A stretch of DNA of 64,000 nucleotides. It comes from Candidatus Krumholzibacteriota bacterium. GTDB taxonomy: Bacteria > Krumholzibacteriota > Krumholzibacteriia > JAJRXK01. The notes beneath the pieces were generated by a model. That model saw only the letters and a list, made by a program, of their open reading frames with translations. It had not been told where the DNA came from and did no database searches. The position numbers and the translations under genes are program-made. This document shows, piece by piece, positions 53,497 to 62,446 of the stretch; the first letter of the stretch is position 1; each line of letters begins with the position of its first letter. Where the stretch lies: assembly GCA_963806035.1 (NCBI GenBank), contig CAWDWO010000032.1, positions 33,243 to 97,242 on the forward strand. Reading direction: 5' to 3'.

Positions 53497-53754
53497 ATGA
53501 AGATCAAGATGCAGTGGCCCGGAACGCGCGGCTGGCTCTTCGCTTTGATCAGCGGGGCGGTGGTCTTGCTTTTGCCGGTGGTGGTGTCGTTGATCGCGCC
53601 GCACGAGGGCGAGGGGCACGGATTCTGGGATCACATTTTCGGTTGGTGGGCGTGGTATGGCGCGGTGGGTTGCGCGGCGATCGTGGTGGTGAGCAAGTGG
53701 CTCGGTCATCTCTTCTTGCAAAAGCGGGAGGATTTTTATGATGACCGCTCGTAG
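53497..53754 (+). CDS. Small membrane protein of the Mrp operon
   Basis: Two TMs, H-rich loop, and a C-terminal LQKREDFYD motif. Confidence 0.7.
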   Translation: MKIKMQWPGTRGWLFALISGAVVLLLPVVVSLIAPHEGEGHGFWDHIFGWWAWYGAVGCAAIVVVSKWLGHLFLQKREDFYDDRS

Positions 53755-55694
53755 CGCGCGCGAGAAGACCTGGCTGGCCGGGATGCTGATGCTGCTCGTG
53801 GTGGTGTTGGTGGTGGGGCTGTCGGGATTTGGCTCGGGAAGTGGCCCGAACGAGCAGGGACAGGTCGCGACGAGTGCGACCACGCACGAGGCCGTTGAAG
53901 CTGCCTCGCACCACACTGCGCGCCCGTTGGCCCCCGAGTTGAATCCCGAGATCGTGAAGACTTCGGCCTGGCCGCCGGCGCTGGTGCTTCTGCTGGGGGC
54001 TGTGCTCGTACTGGTGTTGCCCGGCCGCTTGCGCGCGGTGGCGGCGATCGGCGCGCCCCTGTTCGCGCTGTGGTACATCTGGGGTCTGCCGGATGGGACG
54101 CGGGTCACGCTGCACTTTTTGAATCTCGATCTGACGGTGCTGCGGGCGGATCGACTGTCGCTGGTGTTCGGCAAGATCTTCTCGCTGGTGGGGGTGATCG
54201 CCGGGACCTACGCCTGGCACATCAACGACCGGCGCCAGCAAGTGGCGGCGCTGCTTGTACAACGCAGGCGCATTGGGCGTAACCTTCGCCGGCGACTTCT
54301 TCACCCTCTATGCATTCTGGGAACTGATGGCCGTGTCCTCGGTCATCTTGATCTGGGCGCGCGACCGGGCCGAGTCGCAGGCGGCGGGGAACCGTTACAT
54401 CCTGGTGCACCTCACGGGGGGCGCCGTGCTCTTGGCGGGGATTCTGCTCTACCAGCATGCGACGGGGAGCATTCTCTTCGAGCGCTTCGCGCCGGGGACG
54501 GGGGGACTGGCGGCCTGGTTGATTCTGTTCGGGTTCTGTCTGAATGCGGCGGTGCCGCCCTTGGGTCCGTGGTTGCCCGACGCCTATCCGCGCGCCACGG
54601 TGACCGGGGCCATCTTCTGTTCGGCGCTGACCACCAAGACCGCGGTCTACACTCTGCTGCGCGGTTACGCAGGTTGGGAGATCTTGCTCATCCTCGGCGT
54701 GATCATGTCGCTCTACGGCGTGGTCTACGCGGTATTATCGAACGACATCCGCGAGCTTCTGGCCTACCACATCATCTCGCAGGTGGGCTACATGGTGGCC
54801 GGCGCGGGGATCGGCACCGCGATGGCGGTGAACGGCGCGACGGCGCATGCGGTGAGTCACATTCTGTACAAGGCCCTCTTGTTCATGGGCGCGGGGGCGG
54901 TGATCCACACCACCGGCCGCGAAAAGTTGAGCGAGCTGGGTGGGTTCTGGAAGCGGCAGAAACTCATCTTCGGCTTGTACATGATCGGGGCGTTCTCGAT
55001 CTCGGGATTCCCGTTCTGGAATGGCTTTATTTCGAAGTCGATGGTGATCGCGGCGGCGGGCGAGTCGCATCTGAACTGGGCGTACTTGCTGTTGATGCTG
55101 GCCAGCGTGGGGACTTTTCTGCACACCGGATTGAAGCTGCCGTACGGGACCTGGTTCGGAGAGGACAAGGGGATCCAGCCCAAGAAGGCGCCCAAGAACA
55201 TGATCGTGGCGATGGGACTGGCCGCGTTCTTCTGCACCCTGATGGGAGTGGCGCCCGGTGTGTTGTATCGCTATTTGCCGTATGCGGTGCACTGGAATCC
55301 GTGGACCTTCCCGCACGTGATGGAGAGCGTGCAGCTGCTGCTCTTTACTTACTTCGCGTTCTGGGTGTTCATTCCGATGCTGCACGGGGAGCGTACGATT
55401 TCGATGGACACCGACGTGCTGTACCGCAAGACGGCGCCGCTGTTCCGCGCGGTGTTCGTGGATGCGGTGGGGTGGGTATTCGACGTGTCGGAGCAGGGGA
55501 CGCGCTGGGCCGCGCGCGGGGTGGTGCAGGCGCTGCGTGATCCTTCGCGCTACTTGCCGGGGTATCCGCATCGGGTGCACACCGACGAGCCGGACTTCGA
55601 CGAGGATCGTTCGCGGCCGCCCCTGGCTCTGCCCTTGAGCCTGGCGCTGTTGGTGTTCGTGATGGTGTGGTTGGTGGCGAAGTTGTCGGGGTGA
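53738..55694 (+). CDS. Na+/H+ antiporter subunit D/A family (copy 3); frameshift near 54254
   Basis: RADRLSL.F in frame 53738; AGD..TLY.FWE, WLPDAYP, TTKTAVY, LAYHIISQVG and HTGLKLP in frame 54255. Confidence 0.88.
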
Positions 55695-55772
55695 TGGCTA
55701 GGATCGTGGGATGGGCCGGACGATGTGCGTACCGACCCACCCGCTGAAATTTCCCGCCGTATCGAAACTTCC

Positions 55773-56351
55773 CTAGCGCGCCGGCTTGGCGTCGAAGAGA
55801 TCGCCCTCTTCCATGCGCAGTAGAGCTTCCTTGCGCCACAGTCCGCCGCCGTAGCCGACGAGCTTTCCCGTCGAGCCCACCACGCGATGACAGGGGATGA
55901 CGAGCGAGACCGGATTGCGGTTGTTCGCCAGTCCCACCGCGCGCGAGGCCAGGGGTTTGCGAATCTTCTTGGCCACCTGCCCGTAGCTCGCGGTGCTCCC
56001 GTAGGGGATGCGCGCGAGTTGCTTCCACACCCTCTTCTGGAAATCGGTGCCGTGCAGATCCAGCGGCATCTTCAGATCCTGCGGGGTGCTCTCTTGCTTG
56101 GCGAAGTAGCGTTTCAGCCAGGCGCGCGCGGGGGCGAGTTTGGTGGGTGAGGCTTGGAGCTGCGCATCCTTGAGGTCGGCGGGAAGGTGGGTGCGGAGGG
56201 TCTTCTCCAGTTTTGCCCTACTTGGTTTCGTCTTGGACTTTCCGTCCACGAAGTAGAGGGCGCAGAGTCCGCGCTCGGTAGCGCCCAGGACGATGGGGCC
56301 CAGCGGGCTCATGTAGTGGTCGTAGTAGAGAGTGTCCGTGTTGGTTTTCAT
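55773..56351 (-). CDS. ogt: Methylated-DNA--protein-cysteine methyltransferase
   Basis: GTDFQKRVW..L..IPYG, RAVG.AN..NP, active-site PCHRV and GYGGG. Confidence 0.93.
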   Translation of the reverse strand: MKTNTDTLYYDHYMSPLGPIVLGATERGLCALYFVDGKSKTKPSRAKLEKTLRTHLPADLKDAQLQASPTKLAPARAWLKRYFAKQESTPQDLKMPLDLHGTDFQKRVWKQLARIPYGSTASYGQVAKKIRKPLASRAVGLANNRNPVSLVIPCHRVVGSTGKLVGYGGGLWRKEALLRMEEGDLFDAKPAR

Positions 56352-57856
56352 GAAGGGGCTCCTTCTCGGGAGGCTTTCGAGATGTCATGGGGCGGCGTCG
56401 GTTTGAGAAGAGAGACGGCGACGACCAGGATCAGGGCGACGACGTAGCCACTGACGCGTTCGGTCAGGGTGTGATCGAGGCCGAAGGACTTCCAGAGGAT
56501 CACGGTGAGTGCGCCGCCGAGCATGCCGGCCAACACTCCGTAGCCGCTCACGCGCTTCCACCACAGAGTCAGCACGAGGGCCGGTCCGAACGCCGCCGAG
56601 AGTCCGGCCCAGGCGAAGGATACCATGGCAAAGACGAGGTCGGTGCTGCGAATTGCCAGTACGAAAGCCAAGACGCCGACGATGAGGGTGGCGAGGCGGC
56701 TGAAGGAGGCGAGTCGCTCGGGGGTGACCTCCTGCTTGAACATCTTGTGGTAGACGTCCTCGCTGAGGGTGGAGGTGGTGACGAGGAGTTGGGAGTCGGC
56801 GGTGGACATCATGGCGGCGATGGCGCCGGAGATCATGATGCCGGCCAGCCATCCGGGGAGAAGGGTCTGGGCCAGAATGGGCATGAGGCGTTCGGGGTCC
56901 TGGAGTGTGTCGGGTCCGTAGTGGGCGAGGCCGATGATGCCGATGAGAAAGGCGCCCCAGAGGGCGGGCACGGCCCACCATCCAGCGATGAGGGTGCCGG
57001 TGCGGATGTCGCGGCTCTCGCGAATGGCCATGAAGCGCGCGAGCAAGTGGGGTTGGCCCATGTAGCCCAGGCCCCAGGAGAGTCCGCCGATGATGCCGAG
57101 GAAGGCGGCGGTGCCGGTCTGACCTTGGGTGACGCTGAGGAGTTTGGGATCGACGTGGTGGAGTTGCATCGCGACTTCGTGCCAGCCGCCCAGAGCCTGG
57201 ATGCCGACGATGGGCAGGACCACACAGGTGAAGACCATGATGAGTCCCTGGACGACGTCGGTCCATGCCACCGCCACGAAGCCGCCCATGGTGGTGTAGA
57301 AGAGGACGATGATGGCGCCAATGAGCATGCCGATGGTGGTGGTCTCCATGGCGAGGCCGCCGCGCGCGAAGAAGTTCTGCAGCTCGGTCATGAAGTCGCC
57401 GAAGGTGGTGTCGAGGACCTTGCCCGCGGCGTTGAATTGCGAGGCGACGTAGAAGGTGAAGAAGAAGGTGATGATGACGCTGGCGACCAGGCGCAGCCAG
57501 CCCCTGGTCTCCGGGAAGCGCATGTGGAAGTAGTCGGGCAGGGTGAGGCTGTCGGTGCGGCCGACTTCCTTGCGCAGTCGGCGGGCGACGACGGTCCAGG
57601 AGAAGAGGATGCCGGCGCAGCAGCCCACGGCGGTCCACAGTTGCAGAAAGCCGGCGGCGAAGGCGGCGCCGGGCAGGCCCACGAGTAGCCAGGCGCTTTC
57701 GCCGCTGGCGCGTTCGCTGAAGGCGATGACCCAGGGGCCCAGCTTGCGGTCGCCCAGGATGAAGGCCTTCTGGGTGCTGGTGCGCTTGTAGGCGATGATG
57801 CCCACGAAGAGGACGACCGCGAGGTAGATGATGAAGCCGATGAGGATGGGATTCAT
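56348..57856 (-). CDS. putP: Sodium/proline symporter (SSS family)
   Basis: S..AS..SAWLL.GLPG, GG..AV.WTD.VQG, GYMGQPH..ARFMA and MST.DSQLL. Confidence 0.88.
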   Translation of the reverse strand: MNPILIGFIIYLAVVLFVGIIAYKRTSTQKAFILGDRKLGPWVIAFSERASGESAWLLVGLPGAAFAAGFLQLWTAVGCCAGILFSWTVVARRLRKEVGRTDSLTLPDYFHMRFPETRGWLRLVASVIITFFFTFYVASQFNAAGKVLDTTFGDFMTELQNFFARGGLAMETTTIGMLIGAIIVLFYTTMGGFVAVAWTDVVQGLIMVFTCVVLPIVGIQALGGWHEVAMQLHHVDPKLLSVTQGQTGTAAFLGIIGGLSWGLGYMGQPHLLARFMAIRESRDIRTGTLIAGWWAVPALWGAFLIGIIGLAHYGPDTLQDPERLMPILAQTLLPGWLAGIMISGAIAAMMSTADSQLLVTTSTLSEDVYHKMFKQEVTPERLASFSRLATLIVGVLAFVLAIRSTDLVFAMVSFAWAGLSAAFGPALVLTLWWKRVSGYGVLAGMLGGALTVILWKSFGLDHTLTERVSGYVVALILVVAVSLLKPTPPHDISKASREGAPS

Positions 57857-57969
57857 CGGCGCGGCTTCCCGGTGCGAGGAGGCTTCCCGGTGCGGATGTA
57901 GAAGATCGTGGTGAAGGCCAGGAGGGCCACGGCGGGGACGATGAGCCAGAAGACGGTCCAGAAAGGCAT
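57853..57969 (-). CDS. 38-aa single-TM small protein coupled to putP (not in the ORF track)
   Basis: MPFWTVFWLIVPAVALLAFTTIFYIRTGKPPRTGKPRR*; the stop overlaps the putP start as ATGA. Confidence 0.7.
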   Translation of the reverse strand: MPFWTVFWLIVPAVALLAFTTIFYIRTGKPPRTGKPRR

Positions 57970-58077
57970 GAGTTCGCGGCTAGGTGGAAGAGCCGGGCTT
58001 GGGGGAAGGGCCAAGTTCGAATTGCTCGTAGGTCGAGAATGGCCCAGTCGCGCGCGCGGGACAAGGGTTGCTTGAGA

Positions 58078-60084
58078 TTAGCCGACACGGGCCCCGCCTC
58101 GCTTCAACTGGCGCTCGCCGTGATAGAAGGCGAGCGAACGACGGCCCGGGCGCAATCCCAGCGAATAGTCGAGATCCTCAGCGCCGCGGCGGGCTCTCCC
58201 CTTGATGGCGATGAGTCCCTGGTGCACCCCGATGAGATGGTGGAAGGCGCAGAGGGTGATCTGGTTTTCCGGCTCATCCCCTCCGCCGAGGCTGCGGAAG
58301 CGGATGTGGTGGCGTTGCAGCGAGCGGCGCGCGCTGCAGCCCGGGACGGCGCAGCGATAGTCGTCGCGCTCGAGGATGGCCTCTTCGCGACGGGAGTGCG
58401 GCTTTTCCAGGGCGGACCAGGCGCGACGGGCCTGGTAGCACAGGAGGACGAGCGCGCGCCACGGTTCGCAGTTCTGGAGGGCATCGCGCTTCACCCGGTC
58501 TTGCACGGAGGTCAAAAGCTGGGCCAAAAACGCGCTGGTGTCCTCGCTCAGGACCCAACTGAGAGTGACGCGGCGCTCGGAATGCAGCGGGGCCGCGTCG
58601 AGAAGAGCCGGCGGGTCCGGATGGCTCGCGAGCTCGCGCAGCGAGTGTCTCGACGTTCGGAGTTGGTGGTCGGTCGGCGGCGGGCAGCCCTTCAGGGACC
58701 ACGCGCGGTAGTCGGTGTCGGCCTGACGGCGCGCCCAGGCGATGCGATCGCGCAGGGCGCGCACGGTCAGGGTGGACGCTTCGGAAATCCAGCGCGGCAG
58801 ATCACTGCGCGCGGCGCCGATGCGCGGGAGTTGCAACAAGAGGGTCGCCTTCAGGGAGGTGATCGTGCCCTGGGCATACGCGAGGGCAACGGGATCGTCG
58901 CGGCGCCGCTTCTCGGCGCGGGTGAGCATCTCGAATGTCGTCGAGGACGCCAGGCCGAGTTCGGCACGCGCGAAGTCGTCGAAGCGGCGGTAACCGATTC
59001 GGTGATGGACGGACTGGTTCTTGAAGTTGAGCAACTTGTCTTCATGTCGAATGCGGAGGCGTCGACGGTGGGAGAGCAAGCGGCGCAAGGAGAGGTCGAG
59101 GAAGTGGGCGCGCTCGCGGGAGGTCCGGCCCTGTTGGGACTTAGCAGTATCCCTCGCACTCGCATGCGCTGAGGCGTGTTGCACCGATTGGTGAAGCGCT
59201 GCCTGCGACGGTGACGCGGTCTGTGCGGGAGCGCGATCCGAAAACGGCGTAGTTTGGGCCATTCGTGCCTGCGAGCCAGCATTCCGCGTCCGTTTGAAGC
59301 GTCGCGGGCAGATGCGATTCAGCGCCTCGGCCGCCGGCACGGTGAGTTCCACTTCGGTGCTGGCCTCGGCCAAGATGGCGGCGAGGCGCATTTCGTCATC
59401 GCCCTCGGTGCCGATGAGGGCCTGGGCCAGGCGCAAGGTGTCGCGCACGTACGGTGCGAAGAGGGACGGAATGCGCAGGCGGACTAGACGGTCGCGGTTC
59501 TCTTCGGCCTTGGCAGACTTCGTTCGGGTCAAAGCATCGGAAGAAGCGGTCTCGTCCGGATGCTGTCGCGACTCGCGGATCTTCTGCCGTAACTCGCGAA
59601 CGGTGAGACCGAGGATCTCCGGCAAGAGGGCCTCGGCCTGGGACGGCGACGCCAATTGCGCGAGTTCCTCGAGCGCACTGGCGCTGAGGTGGCCTTCGGC
59701 GTGCGCGCTGGCCACATCCGGGGATTCGTGCAAGAGCCGAGCCTGACGAAGCCATTTATAGAAGGTGGAGATCGGGACCCCGAGACGTTCGGCGCAGTAG
59801 TCGCGCAGCGAGGCGTAGCCGCACCAACGCGGTCCCTGCAGCGAACGGAACTCACTGGCGCTTTCACAGAGCGCGGCATGACCGGCAGCGGCCTCGCGTC
59901 GCATCGACTCACATTCCTGCTGAATGCGTGTGCGAGTGGAGGCCAGCTCGTTTCGAGTGCGGGCGCGGACGCTGGACCAGAGATCGCGCACGGCAGCCGG
60001 AGTTCGTGAGTCGGGGAAGCGCGCGATCGAGGATCGCGCTGGGACTCGTATCGAGGCGGCGCTGTCCTTTCTGCTGCGTATCAT
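58078..60084 (-). CDS. HNH endonuclease with long duplicated helical (DUF222-like) N-region; start uncertain
   Basis: C-terminal RDDYRCAVPGC...HHIRFRS.GG.....N..TLC..HH; twice-repeated GY.s..DY/F...LG module. Confidence 0.85.
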   Translation of the reverse strand: MIRSRKDSAASIRVPARSSIARFPDSRTPAAVRDLWSSVRARTRNELASTRTRIQQECESMRREAAAGHAALCESASEFRSLQGPRWCGYASLRDYCAERLGVPISTFYKWLRQARLLHESPDVASAHAEGHLSASALEELAQLASPSQAEALLPEILGLTVRELRQKIRESRQHPDETASSDALTRTKSAKAEENRDRLVRLRIPSLFAPYVRDTLRLAQALIGTEGDDEMRLAAILAEASTEVELTVPAAEALNRICPRRFKRTRNAGSQARMAQTTPFSDRAPAQTASPSQAALHQSVQHASAHASARDTAKSQQGRTSRERAHFLDLSLRRLLSHRRRLRIRHEDKLLNFKNQSVHHRIGYRRFDDFARAELGLASSTTFEMLTRAEKRRRDDPVALAYAQGTITSLKATLLLQLPRIGAARSDLPRWISEASTLTVRALRDRIAWARRQADTDYRAWSLKGCPPPTDHQLRTSRHSLRELASHPDPPALLDAAPLHSERRVTLSWVLSEDTSAFLAQLLTSVQDRVKRDALQNCEPWRALVLLCYQARRAWSALEKPHSRREEAILERDDYRCAVPGCSARRSLQRHHIRFRSLGGGDEPENQITLCAFHHLIGVHQGLIAIKGRARRGAEDLDYSLGLRPGRRSLAFYHGERQLKRGGARVG

Positions 60085-60130
60085 GCGGCGTGGTCTGCAT
60101 GAGCATTCGTCCCGCTGGGAGGCGAGGGGT

Positions 60131-60168
60131 GATACAAACAAATGTATCTATTCTTAGGAGGGGCGCAA
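60131..60168 (-). promoter_or_regulatory. Sigma70-like promoter of the HNH gene, overlapped by palindrome GATACA-N6-TGTATC
   Basis: Minus strand TTGCGC (60168-60163), 16-nt spacer, TACATT (60146-60141); palindrome at 60131-60148. Confidence 0.5.
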
Positions 60169-60202
60169 GGGGGAAACTGCAAAAAACGGCAGAATTCTGG
60201 GC

Positions 60203-61658
60203 CTAGAAATCAAGTTTTTGACGAAGGTACGTTTGCGCTTTGTTTGTGACTAGTCGAGCAAACTGCGCGTAGATCAACAGGCCCGCGACCACGACCAGAA
60301 AGGCGATCCCCACACGCGCGAGGCCGAGAGCGGCGCGCGATGGACGCAGCGCCAGATCGTCGATGAGGTGGGTGACGGCCCAGGTGTTCAGCAGGTAGTA
60401 GAGGGGGCTGAAGACGAAGGTGATCGCACCGAGCAGGGTCAGCAGGAAGACGGGGTCGGGTACGGCGCTGGACGATGCCGACCGAGAGGACGGTCATCGC
60501 GACGAGGTAGCTCCAGTAGAGGCGGCCGCGGTCGGGGCGCTCGGGATCGAGCCGAGGTGCGCAGTGTCTGACTTCAAAGTCTGTTCGAAATGCGCGGCGT
60601 CTCGATGTTCGGAGTCGGCAGACGAGTCGGCCCCGCGTCAGTTGCTCGGCGCACGCGCTCACTCCGCAAATGCCGCACCGTCGCCACCAATGTGCGCGGC
60701 ATGCCATCCATGATCGCGTAGGTCGTGGAGAAGGTGGTGAAGAAGGCCACCGCGTAGAAGAGCGGGCGCATCCAGGCGCCGAAGAGTTCGGTGTAGAGGC
60801 GCGCGAGGGTGGCGGCGAGGTCGAACTGTCCCGGCACCAAGCCGCGCGGATGCAGCACCGCGGCGCCCAGTCCCAGGAAGAACACCGCGAGTACGGCCGA
60901 CAAGAGATAGCCGATGCGCAAGTCGATGAGCACCGCGCGCAAGCGCTCGCGGGGGGAACGGTCGCCACGGGAACGGTCATCCTTGCGCGGGGAGCGGGAA
61001 TCGTCCGGCGAGCTGCCGTTGAAGCGCGGATCCTCCAGGGTCCACAGCGATTGCCAGATCGAAACGCCGATCGCGGTGGGCAGAAAGCCGAGGATCGACG
61101 CGACCAACAGCAGACTCCCGTGCGGCAGCGAGGGGATCAAGCCGCGCACAAACGCGGCGACTGGTGGCGGTGCCGCGAAAAACGCCACCGTGGTTCCCAA
61201 CGCGAGCGCAATCATCATCCCCAAATTGAGATTGCGCAGCAGCGGATAGCGTCCGGTCAGAAGCAGGAGGAAGGTGAAGCCGATGACAATCGCGGTCCAC
61301 GCACCCAGGCCGAGGCCGCCGAAGGCCGCCTGTAGGATGGATCCAGTGAGACCGGCGACCGCGGCCAATACGCCGACGCTTTCGAGCACCATGTCGATGA
61401 GGCCGACCCACAGCGCCCAGTCGCGCGGGCCGGGCAGACGGCGGTAGGCCGAGAGCAGACTGTGTCCCGGTGACGACGGCGAGGCGTGGACCGAACTCGA
61501 AAGCGTGGTATTTCAAGAAGGTGGGCGAGAACGATCAGCCACAGAAGGCGATAGCCGAAGCTCGCGCCAGCGGTGGTGCAGAGCACGAGGTGGCTGCCGC
61601 CAATCGCAGTGGCAGCGAGCAAAATGCCGGGACCGACGGAACGGGGGCGCAACGCCAA
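60203..61658 (-). pseudogene. Nramp-family divalent cation transporter with multiple frameshifts
   Basis: GPGILLAATAIGGSHLV..T.AGA.FGY.L.W, then KY..FEFG.R, and F.TTFSTT...MDG.PR; spread over at least 4 reading frames. Confidence 0.75.
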
Positions 61659-61668
61659 GAGGAAACCT

Positions 61669-62199
61669 CTACTTCGAACTCTCTCCAGGGCCAGGAAACA
61701 CTCCCAACTGTCTCAATAGGGCAATGTTGTCCCAGCTGACCCAAGTCTCGACGACCTTACCATTCTCGAGTCGCTGCATGACGATGTTCACCAGGGTAAA
61801 GGACTTGCCGCTGGCCGGAATCTCTCCCAACTGGCCGGTCTGCGTTCCCTTCATCGTGGAGACGTAAGCCACCCTGTCCCCGTCGGCGATCATGTTGCTG
61901 ATCGTGTCGGTATAATCGGGTATCGCCTTCATCCACTCATGAAGAAAACCGAAGAACTGCTCGGTGCCGTGCAGTTCCTGAAAACCGGGCGGCATGGCCT
62001 GACAATGTCTCACATAGTTCGGTCCGATCAAGGATTTGAAGGTGTCGAAATCGCCCGCGGCCAGACTGGCGTGTGCTTGCCGGATAATCTTCATGTTTTG
62101 TTGCTCGATCTGTTCTTTGGAGAGTTCTGCGGAACGACTGGCGGTCGCCAGTACGGCGACCAAGATCATGGAGGAAAAGACGGCGGACCGTTTTCTCAT
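61669..62199 (-). CDS. Secreted SnoaL-like ester cyclase (NTF2 fold)
   Basis: Signal peptide; IPD...I...IADGDRV....GT.TG...IPASGK......R.ENGKVVE.W...D. Confidence 0.85.
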   Translation of the reverse strand: MRKRSAVFSSMILVAVLATASRSAELSKEQIEQQNMKIIRQAHASLAAGDFDTFKSLIGPNYVRHCQAMPPGFQELHGTEQFFGFLHEWMKAIPDYTDTISNMIADGDRVAYVSTMKGTQTGQLGEIPASGKSFTLVNIVMQRLENGKVVETWVSWDNIALLRQLGVFPGPGESSK

Positions 62200-62446
62200 T
62201 CGATGTCTCCCATTTAGCGGCTTGCTCCAGCAAAGGAACGCGTCGTGCGCCCCGAGGAGTATACGAAACTCTACCATGGCATCTCCTCAGTTTCGCGGAG
62301 TGGCTCTGGCTGTCAATTTAGGTACCGGATAGGGAGTTGCTCAAGTGCCCGCCAATGCCCGTATCGTGGAAGTTCCTTCCGTCGTGCGCTCCGAACGTGT
62401 AGGCTTACTCTCTCACATCACTCTTCCCCCGTGAGGAGTCACGCCA

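Noticed and set aside
57970..60250. IS or transposon ends around the HNH gene
   Set aside because: No terminal inverted repeats or target-site duplication were found by eye, so it was not annotated as a mobile element.
60560..60600. GACTTCAAA resembling a tRNA-Sec anticodon loop
   Set aside because: No acceptor or D stems or CCA end can be built, and it lies within the Nramp gene.
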